A stretch of DNA of 64,000 nucleotides, taken from the IMG/VR virus record IMGVR_UViG_3300042154_004306. One strand, written 5' to 3'. Under the pieces are notes generated by a model. It searched no databases and was not told the origin of the DNA. It was given only the letters and a program-made list of their open reading frames with translations. Made by a program: the position numbers and the translations under genes. Shown here piece by piece: positions 21,153 through 30,753 of this stretch; position 1 is the first letter of the stretch, and every line of letters starts with the position of its first letter. Source of the stretch: a virus. Lineage: Duplodnaviria; Heunggongvirae; Uroviricota; Caudoviricetes.

Positions 21153-24100
21153 ATGGCAATTAATTTAAGTGATAATATACTAGCTAAGACCACCGGGCCA
21201 GCTGACGCCAAATACGGCCCATATTCTGGAGCAAATCTGGCTGCGGCTAAAACGGCCGCGACCACGTACTTATTAGCATCATACAGATACGAAGGCTTAA
21301 CTGTTGGTTTATTGGTCGCTACCGACCCAGTTGTTGAATATTGGTTTTTAGGAGGAATCACTGACGCTAACTTAGTATTAAAGCAAACAAGCGGATCCGG
21401 AGGAACTAATGGTACATCAGGATCCTCCGGAACGTCAGGTTCAAGCGGAACTGGCGGTACATCGGGAACATCAGGTACATCGGGTTCAAGTGGTTCATCA
21501 GGCACAAGTGGAAGTTCAGGTTCAAGCGGAACATCAGGTTCTTCAGGAACATCGGGCTCAAGTGGAACATCTGGATCTTCAGGAACAAGTGGATCATCAG
21601 GTACTTCAGGAGTAATTGGAATTCCAGGAAATGACGGTTCAAATTCTCTTAGGTGGTACTGGGATAACTCAACAATATTAGTACCTACTTATTTTATAAC
21701 AACTGATGGAGCTGGCTCCGTTGAAAATAATCTTAAATTTATAACTGATATTGAGTTAGATCACTACAACTCAAATTCAATAGATAGTATTAATTGGCTT
21801 TCTGAAATAAGTAGTTTAATATCCTCTGGATTAGACGTTATATTACAGATTACTGAACCAAATAATACATCAGTTTCAGGTATTTATTACATATCATCGG
21901 ATTTGAGCACTCCATCAAGTGCTAAATACGCGCTAAATATTATAGTTGCAGATGGTTCACTTACAGATCAAAAAGAATATACAATATCTTGGGTGGCTAG
22001 TTTTTCTGGATCAGCAGGAGCATCGGGAACTAGCGGTTCATCAGGATCAAGTGGTTCGTCTGGAATTTCTGGATCTAGTGGTACATCAGGATCTGCTGGT
22101 ACTTCAGGTAGTTCAGGAAGTAGTGGATCATCAGGCTCAAGCGGTTCATCAGGTTCTTCCGGAACTAGTGGATCAACCGGTTCATCTGGATCAAGTGGTA
22201 CATCTGGATCTGCTGGAACATCAGGAACTTCTGGCTCAACTGGTACGTCCGGAACTTCAGGAAGCTCAGGAACATCCGGTTCGGCAGGTAGCTCAGGTAC
22301 TTCAGGAACAACCGGCACGTCCGGTTCTTCAGGAACAAGCGGCAGCTCAGGTACTTCTGGGACAGCCGGAACATCTGGAACATCTCCTACCGGCTTAGTT
22401 GCTTCTAATTATGTGGTTAGAGGAGTTAAAGGCGGATCTACTCAAACGATTCCAAATGCTACAGATACCATAGTAACATTCGTTGATGATTTTGATCCAA
22501 ATGGATGGTTATCTTCTAATAGAATACAACCAAATATTTCAGGTTATTACATAGTCAATGCTCAAGTTTGGTGGGACCCAGGGGCTGTTACAAATAACCA
22601 AAGTAATATCCAATTTAGCAAAAATGGATCAACTCAAATAGCTATCCATCAAACACAAATTCTTACTGGCTCTGGATATGCTCAAGAGATAGATGCTATA
22701 ATTTTCTTTAATGGAACTACTGACTATGTAGAAGTAACAGCATTCACCGGTAATCCAACATCTCAAGTAATAAATTCAGCTAATGGTGGAACATACATAG
22801 AGGCTTCTTTAATAGTAGGTGGTGGTACTAGCGGTTCTTCAGGAACAAGCGGAACTTCAGGTAGTTCTGGTTCATCTGGCACGAGTGGGTCTGCTGGAAC
22901 TTCAGGTAGCTCAGGAACGAGCGGATCTTCAGGAACATCAGGAATAAATGGATCTTCTGGAACATCAGGAATAAATGGATCTTCTGGCACAAGCGGATCT
23001 GATGGATCTTCAGGAACATCAGGAACGAGCGGATCTTCTGGAACATCAGGAATAAACGGATCTTCAGGAACATCAGGAATAAATGGATCTTCTGGCACAA
23101 GCGGATCTGATGGATCTTCAGGAACATCAGGAACGAGCGGATCTTCTGGAACATCAGGAATAAACGGATCTTCAGGAACATCAGGAATAAACGGATCTTC
23201 TGGAACATCAGGAATAAATGGATCTTCTGGCACATCAGGAGTTAACGGTTCTTCTGGAACTTCGGGATCATCGTGTTTAACTTATTTCGTATTAAATACT
23301 TCAATTAGCTCGTTTGAAACGTATTCTTATATAGATTGTGAATTTAATAGCCAGGGACCTATAGTACTACCTCCTGCTGGTAGTGCAACGTTCTGTGCAT
23401 TGGGAGATTCTGTGACAGGAGGACCTAATATAGACATCGCGTTACTTGGAATTTGTAGTGGCTCTAGCGGTTCATCAGGAACCTCAGGTTCTTCAGGAAC
23501 AAGTGGATCTAGTGGATCTTCAGGAACATCTGGTAGCACAGGATCAAGTGGATCTTCAGGAAGCTCTGGTAGCTCAGGTACATCAGGTTCATCTGGAACA
23601 TCAGGGAGCTCAGGTACATCAGGTTCATCTGGAACATCAGGTAGCTCAGGTACATCAGGTTCATCTGGAACATCAGGTAGCTCAGGTACATCAGGTTCAT
23701 CAGGAACATCAGGTAGCACAGGATCTAGCGGATCTTCAGGAAGCTCGGGATCCTCTGGAACATCAGGTTCATCAGGAACATCAGGTAGCACAGGATCTAG
23801 TGGATCTTCAGGAAGTTCTGGTAGCTCAGGCACATCCGGATCTTCTGGAAGTTCAGGAACATCTGGCTCAAGCGGTTCATCAGGCACTTCAGGATCAAGC
23901 GGTAGCTCAGGATCTGCTGGATCTTCTGGTACATCAGGTACATCGGGTACATCAGGATCATCAGGAACTTCCGGCGCAAACGGGATTTCTTCCGGACAAA
24001 TTTATTATTTTAATGAATCAGTTTCAAGCGGAATTGGTACATATAAAGAATTATCAGCTAATCCAACCGGTGCAGCTGAACAATCTATTCTTAAAACAAC

Positions 24101-27100
24101 AACAGGTAGTACACCAGTCCTAGTACAGCAATTTATAACGCCACAATTAGGATTTTCTGTAATACCGGGTGGAACACAAAGATTCCATTTACATTTTAAA
24201 AAGAATAATACAAATGATAATACTGATACATTTGTTACAATCGAATTAGCTAATTCTAGTGGTACTGGATACGGGACAATTATATCAACAAACCAAGCAG
24301 CAATTGGATTTGTATCGCCGACAATTCCAGTAGAAGTTACAACTGATTTAACTTTACCTACAACTACAATTAACTCAACCGATCGAATGATCGTTAAGAT
24401 ATACGTAGTAGATCAAGGAACTAGCACCCGAGATGTTACCTGGTATACTGAAGGATCTACTAATTATTCGTTTGTGATAACCTCGGTTGGAGCTCAAAGC
24501 GGTACATCAGGTACATCAGGTTCTTCAGGAACATCAGGCTCAAGTGGAACTAGTGGTTCATCAGGTACCTCAGGTTCTTCAGGTTCTAGTGGAAGTTCAG
24601 GTTCATCTGGTTCATCAGGTACTTCGGGGTCAAGTGGTACTTCAGGTACTGACGGCTCAAGTGGTACAAGCGGTACTGATGGAAGTAGCGGAACTTCAGG
24701 AACATCAGGTTCAAGCGGAACAGATGGTTCGTCAGGAACTTCAGGCAGTAGTGGAACTTCAGGTTCAAGTGGTTCTTCGGGTACATCAGGTACAAATGGT
24801 ACAAGTGGTTCATCGGGAACAAATGGTAGTTCAGGTACTTCCGGAACTTCAGGTAGCTCAGGCACATCCGGATCTTCTGGAAGTTCAGGAACATCAGGTT
24901 CAAGTGGTTCATCAGGAACTAGCGGTTCTTCAGGTTCAAGCGGAACTAGCGGTAGCTCAGGTTCTTCAGGAAGTAATGGAACTTCAGGGTCTTCCGGTTC
25001 ATCAGGAACTAGCGGTACGGATGGTAGTTCAGGGACTAGTGGTAGTTCAGGGACTAGTGGTATTAATGGTTCGTCAGGAACTTCAGGAACTAATGGAACA
25101 TCAGGTTCAAGTGGAAGTTCAGGTTCTTCTGGTACATCAGGTAGTTCGGGTTCAAGTGGATCTTCAGGATCTTCTGGGTCTGCTGGTACATCCGGTAGTT
25201 CTGGAACAAGTGGTTCTTCAGGTACATCAGGTTCAAGTGGAAGTTCAGGTACATCAGGATCTGCTGGAACAAGCGGTTCATCAGGATCAAGTGGTTCTAG
25301 TGGTTCATCTGGTACTAGCGGAAGCTCAGGAACATCAGGATCAAGTGGTACTTCAGGATCTTCTGGCTCAAGTGGAACATCCGGTACATCGGGATCAAGT
25401 GGTTCTAGTGGTACATCGGGATCAAGTGGTTCTAGTGGTACATCGGGAACATCAGGATCTTCTGGATCTTCAGGAACTAGTGGATCATCAGGATCAGCAG
25501 GTTCATCTGGATCCTCAGGAACTTCAGGTTCAAGCGGAACTAGCGGAGATTCCTGCATCAGTTACACTATAACCAATACCGGATCAATATTTGGAAATAT
25601 TGATCCCCCTATTAGTGTAGATTATACTGACTGTTCGTATAATCAAGGTACCTCAATAACGTTAAATCCTGGTGAATCTGCAACGGTTTGTGCAATAGGT
25701 GGTTCAATCGGTGTATCAGGCAGTACTAATTACTCGATTATTAATAATGGCTTATGTCACGGTTCTTCTGGAAGTAGCGGTACTTCAGGGTCAAGCGGAA
25801 CATCAGGTTCATCAGGAAGTTCAGGAACATCTGGCTCAAGCGGAACTAGCGGAAGCTCAGGTTCAAGCGGAACATCAGGGTCTAGTGGAACAAGTGGTAG
25901 TAGTGGTACGTCAGGAACATCAGGTTCAAGCGGTACTTCCGGAACATCAGGTACTTCCGGAACTTCAGGTAGCTCAGGCACATCCGGATCTTCTGGAAGT
26001 TCAGGAACATCTGGCTCAAGCGGTACATCAGGCACATCAGGTAGCTCAGGATCTGCTGGATCTTCTGGTACATCAGGTAGTTCAGGTTCAAGTGGAACAA
26101 GCGGAAGTTCTGGCTCTTCAGGAACTAGTGGTTCTAGTGGAAGTTCAGGTTCTAGTGGAACAAGTGGTTCATCAGGTACGGATGGTAGTTCAGGTACAAG
26201 TGGAACTAATGGTAGTTCAGGTACAAGTGGTACTGATGGTTCTTCAGGAACTTCGGGGTCAAGTGGAACTTCAGGTACGGACGGAAGTTCAGGTACTAGT
26301 GGTAGTTCAGGTTCATCAGGGTCTTCCGGTTCATCAGGATCATCCGGAACATCAGGATCTGCTGGAACAAGTGGTTCATCCGGATCGAGTGGATCTTCAG
26401 GATCTGCTGGTACTTCAGGTAGTTCAGGAAGTAGTGGATCATCAGGCTCTTCTGGAACAAGTGGTTCATCTGGATCTGCTGGAACAAGCGGTAGTTCAGG
26501 ATCAAGTGGATCATCAGGATCTGCTGGTACATCCGGTTCAAGTGGCTCATCCGGCTCTGCTGGAACAAGTGGTTCATCCGGCTCTTCGGGTAGTAGTGGC
26601 TCTGCTGGTACTTCTGGATCATCAGGATCTGCTGGTACTTCGGGTAGTTCAGGTTCATCAGGAACTAGTGGTACATCTGGTAGTTCAGGCTCTGCTGGTA
26701 CATCAGGATCAAGTGGTAGCTCAGGTTCAGCTGGTACATCTGGTACAAGTGGATCAAGCGGTACTTCAGGTTCATCAGGAACTAGCGGCTCAAGTGGAAC
26801 TAGCGGTTCATCTGGCTCAAGTGGAACTAGCGGTTCATCAGGAACATCTGGTTCAAGCGGTACTTCGGGTTCTAACGGTTCGTCAGGAACAAGCGGATCT
26901 TCAGGAACTTCTGGTTCTTCTGGCTCAAGTGGTTCTTCTGGAACATCAGGCTCTAGTGGTTCTTCTGGAACATCGGGTAGCTCAGGCACTTCAGGTTCTT
27001 CAGGCACTTCAGGCTCAAGTGGTTCAAATGGAACTTCAGGCTCAAGTGGTTCAAGCGGTACATCAGGTTCTTCTGGTAGCTCAGGAACTTCAGGTTCAAG

Positions 27101-30011
27101 CGGAAGTTCTGGCTCTTCAGGAACTAGTGGTTCTAGTGGAAGTTCAGGTTCTAGTGGAACTTCTGGATCTTCTGGAACATCGGGTAGCTCAGGCTCTTCA
27201 GGTACTTCAGGTTCTTCTGGAACTTCAGGTAGCTCGGGAACATCTGGTTCTTCTGGTTCGTCAGGAACAAGCGGATCTTCTGGTTCAAACGGAACATCTG
27301 GCTCTTCTGGATCAAGCGGAACAAGTGGCACCTCCGGTAGCTCAGGTACATCAGGTTCTTCTGGAACTTCAGGTTCTTCAGGAACATCTGGATCTTCAGG
27401 GTCAAGCGGATCTTCTGGATCAAGTGGCACCTCTGGTAGCTCAGGTACGGCCGGCTCTTCGGGAACTTCTGGTTCGTCAGGAACTAGCGGAAGCTCGGGT
27501 TCGTCAGGTTCTTCTGGAACATCAGGTTCTTCAGGAACTTCAGGTTCAAGTGGTTCTTCAGGAACTAGTGGATCTTCTGGCTCAAGTGGAACTTCCGGTT
27601 CTTCCGGAACATCAGGTTCAAGCGGGTCTTCGGGTTCTTCTGGAACATCAGGTTCAAGCGGATCAAATGGTACATCAGGTTCTTCTGGAACTAGTGGAAG
27701 CTCAGGTTCTTCTGGAACATCAGGTTCAAGCGGATCAAATGGTACATCAGGTTCATCAGGAACTAGCGGCTCAAGTGGAACTAGCGGTTCATCTGGCTCA
27801 AGTGGAACTAACGGTTCATCGGGAACTAGCGGTAGTTCAGGAACTTCAGGTTCAAGTGGTTCATCAGGTTCAAGTGGTTCTTCAGGGACTAGTGGTTCAT
27901 CTGGCTCTTCAGGAACCAGCGGTTCATCGGGCTCAAGCGGAACTTCAGGTTCTAATGGTTCATCGGGAACAAGTGGTTCAAGTGGTTCTTCAGGAACTAG
28001 TGGAACAAGTGGTTCATCTGGTTCATCGGGAACTAGCGGTTCATCAGGTTCAAGTGGTACTTCGGGTAGTTCAGGAAGTAGTGGAACATCAGGTTCTTCT
28101 GGTACTTCGGGTTCAAGCGGAACATCAGGAACATCGGGTTCATCAGGTTCAAGTGGAACGAGTGGTTCATCGGGAACTAGTGGAAGTTCTGGTACTTCAG
28201 GTAGCTCAGGTTCAAGTGGTTCTTCCGGAACAAGCGGTTCATCAGGCACTTCAGGATCAAGCGGTAGCTCAGGATCAAGTGGATCATCAGGATCTGCTGG
28301 TACAAGTGGATCATCAGGATCAAGTGGTAGCTCAGGTACTTCTGGTTCTTCAGGAAGTTCAGGAACGTCAGGTTCAACTGGTACCTCAGGATCAAGCGGG
28401 ATAAGTGGAGTCAACGGAACAGACGGATCGTCTGGAACAAGCGGCAGCTCAGGTACTTCCGGAACTTCAGGTAGCTCAGGCACATCCGGATCTTCTGGAA
28501 GTTCAGGAACTTCAGGTAGCTCAGGCACATCCGGATCTTCTGGAAGTTCAGGAACTTCAGGTTCAAGTGGTTCATCAGGAACATCAGGTTCAAGTGGTTC
28601 TTCAGGAACATCAGGTTCAAGTGGTTCATCAGGAACTTCAGGTTCAAGTGGAACAAATGGTTCTTCAGGAACATCTGGTTCAAGCGGTACTTCAGGTAGC
28701 TCAGGTTCAAGCGGAACTAGTGGTTCTTCAGGAACATCAGGTTCAAGTGGCACTTCGGGTAGTTCGGGTACACGCGGTTCTTCAGGTTCAAGTGGAACTA
28801 GCGGAAGCTCAGGTTCAAGTGGAACTAGCGGAAGCTCAGGTTCAAGTGGAACTAGTGGAAGCTCAGGTTCAAGTGGAACTTCAGGTTCTTCAGGAACATC
28901 AGGTTCAAGCGGTTCATCAGGTTCAAGCGGTTCTTCTGGTTCATCGGGAACTAGTGGTAGTTCAGGTTCTTCAGGAACTTCAGGTTCTTCAGGAACATCA
29001 GGTTCAAGCGGAACAAGCGGAAGTTCTGGCTCTTCAGGAACTAGTGGTTCTAGTGGAAGTTCAGGAACATCGGGAAGTAGTGGTTCTAGCGGTACATCAG
29101 GTTCAAGCGGAACATCCGGTGCAACTGGTCCAACTGGGTCTTCCGGTACTTCAGGAACATCCGGTGCAACTGGTCCAACTGGGTCTTCCGGTACTTCAGG
29201 AACATCCGGTGCAACTGGTCCAACTGGGTCTTCCGGTACTTCAGGAACATCCGGTGCAACTGGTCCAACTGGGTCTTCCGGTACTTCAGGAACATCCGGT
29301 GCAACTGGTCCAACTGGTCCAACTGGCCCTTCTGGAGGCTCAAGTGGAACTAGTGGTAGTTCAGGTTCTTCAGGAACTTCTGGAGTTAGTGGAGCATCTG
29401 GAACTAGTGGTACTTCAGGAATTAGTGGTACTTCAGGAACATCCGGTGCAACTGGTCCAACTGGTCCAACTGGCCCAACTGGCCCTTCTGGAGGCTCAAG
29501 TGGTTCTTCAGGAACATCAGGTTTAAACGGTCTCGATTATGGCCGATACTCACTGGAAAGTAATCAAACGATGACCGCCACCGGCGTATACACAGTTCAA
29601 TTCGACCATTCTTGGTTGGATCCAAATACCAGATGGAATGGCACAACCAAGACATGGAACCTAATTAGTGGAGTTTATGAGATCGGCACAAACATCACGG
29701 TCTCAGGAACTTCAGGTACAAGCGGTTCTCCTGGGCCGTACGCGGTTCGAATTGTCAATGATACAACTGGTGCAGTCTTTGCTATTGCAAACACCGTTGC
29801 CAACCTGGCTAGCAATTACGAACACACTACTCACCTCAGTACGATAATTAAGACCACTAGTGATTTGTCAATCCGGGTTGATGTTGACCTGTCACAGGCT
29901 ACGCTTGCATGTACAATTCATGGCGCGTATACCGGCTATAATCCTTACGATGCTGAAACTGGCGCTAACGTGTTGACTGACTTTTGGTATCATAGGGTTG
30001 CCGATGCATAA
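21153..30011 (+). CDS. Giant 2952-aa collagen-like (Gly-X-X; X mostly Ser/Thr) fibre protein with interspersed globular and C1q-like domains
   Basis: Gly at every third residue over most of the length, GATGPT triplets near the C-terminus, and internal and C-terminal C1q-like beta-sandwich segments. Confidence 0.8.
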   Translation: MAINLSDNILAKTTGPADAKYGPYSGANLAAAKTAATTYLLASYRYEGLTVGLLVATDPVVEYWFLGGITDANLVLKQTSGSGGTNGTSGSSGTSGSSGTGGTSGTSGTSGSSGSSGTSGSSGSSGTSGSSGTSGSSGTSGSSGTSGSSGTSGVIGIPGNDGSNSLRWYWDNSTILVPTYFITTDGAGSVENNLKFITDIELDHYNSNSIDSINWLSEISSLISSGLDVILQITEPNNTSVSGIYYISSDLSTPSSAKYALNIIVADGSLTDQKEYTISWVASFSGSAGASGTSGSSGSSGSSGISGSSGTSGSAGTSGSSGSSGSSGSSGSSGSSGTSGSTGSSGSSGTSGSAGTSGTSGSTGTSGTSGSSGTSGSAGSSGTSGTTGTSGSSGTSGSSGTSGTAGTSGTSPTGLVASNYVVRGVKGGSTQTIPNATDTIVTFVDDFDPNGWLSSNRIQPNISGYYIVNAQVWWDPGAVTNNQSNIQFSKNGSTQIAIHQTQILTGSGYAQEIDAIIFFNGTTDYVEVTAFTGNPTSQVINSANGGTYIEASLIVGGGTSGSSGTSGTSGSSGSSGTSGSAGTSGSSGTSGSSGTSGINGSSGTSGINGSSGTSGSDGSSGTSGTSGSSGTSGINGSSGTSGINGSSGTSGSDGSSGTSGTSGSSGTSGINGSSGTSGINGSSGTSGINGSSGTSGVNGSSGTSGSSCLTYFVLNTSISSFETYSYIDCEFNSQGPIVLPPAGSATFCALGDSVTGGPNIDIALLGICSGSSGSSGTSGSSGTSGSSGSSGTSGSTGSSGSSGSSGSSGTSGSSGTSGSSGTSGSSGTSGSSGTSGSSGTSGSSGTSGSSGTSGSTGSSGSSGSSGSSGTSGSSGTSGSTGSSGSSGSSGSSGTSGSSGSSGTSGSSGSSGTSGSSGSSGSAGSSGTSGTSGTSGSSGTSGANGISSGQIYYFNESVSSGIGTYKELSANPTGAAEQSILKTTTGSTPVLVQQFITPQLGFSVIPGGTQRFHLHFKKNNTNDNTDTFVTIELANSSGTGYGTIISTNQAAIGFVSPTIPVEVTTDLTLPTTTINSTDRMIVKIYVVDQGTSTRDVTWYTEGSTNYSFVITSVGAQSGTSGTSGSSGTSGSSGTSGSSGTSGSSGSSGSSGSSGSSGTSGSSGTSGTDGSSGTSGTDGSSGTSGTSGSSGTDGSSGTSGSSGTSGSSGSSGTSGTNGTSGSSGTNGSSGTSGTSGSSGTSGSSGSSGTSGSSGSSGTSGSSGSSGTSGSSGSSGSNGTSGSSGSSGTSGTDGSSGTSGSSGTSGINGSSGTSGTNGTSGSSGSSGSSGTSGSSGSSGSSGSSGSAGTSGSSGTSGSSGTSGSSGSSGTSGSAGTSGSSGSSGSSGSSGTSGSSGTSGSSGTSGSSGSSGTSGTSGSSGSSGTSGSSGSSGTSGTSGSSGSSGTSGSSGSAGSSGSSGTSGSSGTSGDSCISYTITNTGSIFGNIDPPISVDYTDCSYNQGTSITLNPGESATVCAIGGSIGVSGSTNYSIINNGLCHGSSGSSGTSGSSGTSGSSGSSGTSGSSGTSGSSGSSGTSGSSGTSGSSGTSGTSGSSGTSGTSGTSGTSGSSGTSGSSGSSGTSGSSGTSGTSGSSGSAGSSGTSGSSGSSGTSGSSGSSGTSGSSGSSGSSGTSGSSGTDGSSGTSGTNGSSGTSGTDGSSGTSGSSGTSGTDGSSGTSGSSGSSGSSGSSGSSGTSGSAGTSGSSGSSGSSGSAGTSGSSGSSGSSGSSGTSGSSGSAGTSGSSGSSGSSGSAGTSGSSGSSGSAGTSGSSGSSGSSGSAGTSGSSGSAGTSGSSGSSGTSGTSGSSGSAGTSGSSGSSGSAGTSGTSGSSGTSGSSGTSGSSGTSGSSGSSGTSGSSGTSGSSGTSGSNGSSGTSGSSGTSGSSGSSGSSGTSGSSGSSGTSGSSGTSGSSGTSGSSGSNGTSGSSGSSGTSGSSGSSGTSGSSGSSGSSGTSGSSGSSGSSGTSGSSGTSGSSGSSGTSGSSGTSGSSGTSGSSGSSGTSGSSGSNGTSGSSGSSGTSGTSGSSGTSGSSGTSGSSGTSGSSGSSGSSGSSGTSGSSGTAGSSGTSGSSGTSGSSGSSGSSGTSGSSGTSGSSGSSGTSGSSGSSGTSGSSGTSGSSGSSGSSGTSGSSGSNGTSGSSGTSGSSGSSGTSGSSGSNGTSGSSGTSGSSGTSGSSGSSGTNGSSGTSGSSGTSGSSGSSGSSGSSGTSGSSGSSGTSGSSGSSGTSGSNGSSGTSGSSGSSGTSGTSGSSGSSGTSGSSGSSGTSGSSGSSGTSGSSGTSGSSGTSGTSGSSGSSGTSGSSGTSGSSGTSGSSGSSGSSGTSGSSGTSGSSGSSGSSGSSGSAGTSGSSGSSGSSGTSGSSGSSGTSGSTGTSGSSGISGVNGTDGSSGTSGSSGTSGTSGSSGTSGSSGSSGTSGSSGTSGSSGSSGTSGSSGSSGTSGSSGSSGTSGSSGSSGTSGSSGTNGSSGTSGSSGTSGSSGSSGTSGSSGTSGSSGTSGSSGTRGSSGSSGTSGSSGSSGTSGSSGSSGTSGSSGSSGTSGSSGTSGSSGSSGSSGSSGSSGTSGSSGSSGTSGSSGTSGSSGTSGSSGSSGTSGSSGSSGTSGSSGSSGTSGSSGTSGATGPTGSSGTSGTSGATGPTGSSGTSGTSGATGPTGSSGTSGTSGATGPTGSSGTSGTSGATGPTGPTGPSGGSSGTSGSSGSSGTSGVSGASGTSGTSGISGTSGTSGATGPTGPTGPTGPSGGSSGSSGTSGLNGLDYGRYSLESNQTMTATGVYTVQFDHSWLDPNTRWNGTTKTWNLISGVYEIGTNITVSGTSGTSGSPGPYAVRIVNDTTGAVFAIANTVANLASNYEHTTHLSTIIKTTSDLSIRVDVDLSQATLACTIHGAYTGYNPYDAETGANVLTDFWYHRVADA
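29118..29297 (+). repeat. Perfect 45-nt tandem repeat x4 (GATGPTGSSGTSGTS)
   Basis: Copies start at 29118, 29163, 29208 and 29253, with a partial fifth at 29298. Confidence 0.9.
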
Positions 30012-30064
30012 GGAAGAACTGGTCTAGCCGAATTACTCTTTGCAATTTAACGATTTGCTGATTT

Positions 30065-30655
30065 TTACCGAAACGGTGATCCTCCAACCCAAAGTACTAG
30101 GCTTCTTCGAATTCCGCGAGTCACTGGCGTAACTCGGTGTAGCATGTAACTTGGAAAAATTAGAACCGCTCCATGAGTGTTAGGCAGTCTTTCAGGATTC
30201 ATGCCCCTAAGTATCTCAAAGTCTCCACCGTCATATTCGCTAGGATCGCTTAACTGTACTGATATGCTTACTTTTCTGTGAGATGCTGTGCCTGGACCAA
30301 GGTCAACATGATAGCCGTAGTGGCCACCACCTTCATGATACTCGGTGTACTGTATGCTTTCTGGACTTGAAATTAGGTCAAAATTCCATAAATTTGAATT
30401 AGCCGTCCTTGCGAAATCTAGCATTTTACTGTAGAGCCAATGAGCCTCCGGCTTTGAATTATCAATCCATTTAATGCGGCTCTTTCTAATCTCGGCGGTT
30501 GGAGAGTCTGTTCCAAATGTGACAGCCTCTTCGTATTTGAACTCGGTTGCAAGTTCATGAGCTCGATTAATTTCATCAATTGAAAAACCTCTTTCAAACC
30601 AATACCAGTTTAATAGGTCAATCTCTTTTTGGGGAAATACTAGTTTCCAGGTCAT
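30065..30655 (-). CDS. 2OG-Fe(II) dioxygenase (prolyl-4-hydroxylase/PKHD-type)
   Basis: HVD...H facial triad (HYGYHVD; MLHRVTPV), YDGGDF and R-x-S-L-V-x-W. Confidence 0.85.
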   Translation of the reverse strand: MTWKLVFPQKEIDLLNWYWFERGFSIDEINRAHELATEFKYEEAVTFGTDSPTAEIRKSRIKWIDNSKPEAHWLYSKMLDFARTANSNLWNFDLISSPESIQYTEYHEGGGHYGYHVDLGPGTASHRKVSISVQLSDPSEYDGGDFEILRGMNPERLPNTHGAVLIFPSYMLHRVTPVTRGIRRSLVLWVGGSPFR

Positions 30656-30674
30656 TACCGTTGTATTTTTAGTT

Positions 30675-30731
30675 TTTATACTTACAAAAATTAGGTAGTT
30701 TACTAATCCAATTTAAAAAATCGAGTATAAA
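30675..30731. promoter_or_regulatory. Back-to-back divergent promoters: AAAC-N17-TATAAA (-) and AATC-N17-TATAAA (+)
   Basis: Minus-strand element 30675-30701 faces the oxygenase; plus-strand element 30705-30731 faces the glycosyltransferase operon. Confidence 0.55.
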
Positions 30732-30753
30732 ATAAAAACGCACAACTCAAGTA

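Noticed and set aside
19330-29520. CRISPR array or other non-coding repeat
   Set aside because: Repeat units are multiples of 3 nt, in frame and synonymously varied, with no unique spacers and no cas genes.
19219-29655. Long alternative-frame and antisense ORFs (PEDPLVP..., QVHQEL..., up to 998 aa)
   Set aside because: Shadows of the GSS/GTS codon repeats, which lack stops in other frames; no independent starts or domains.
8547-30011. Diversity-generating retroelement acting on fibre genes
   Set aside because: No reverse transcriptase and no template/variable repeat pair with adenine-specific mismatches seen in this window.
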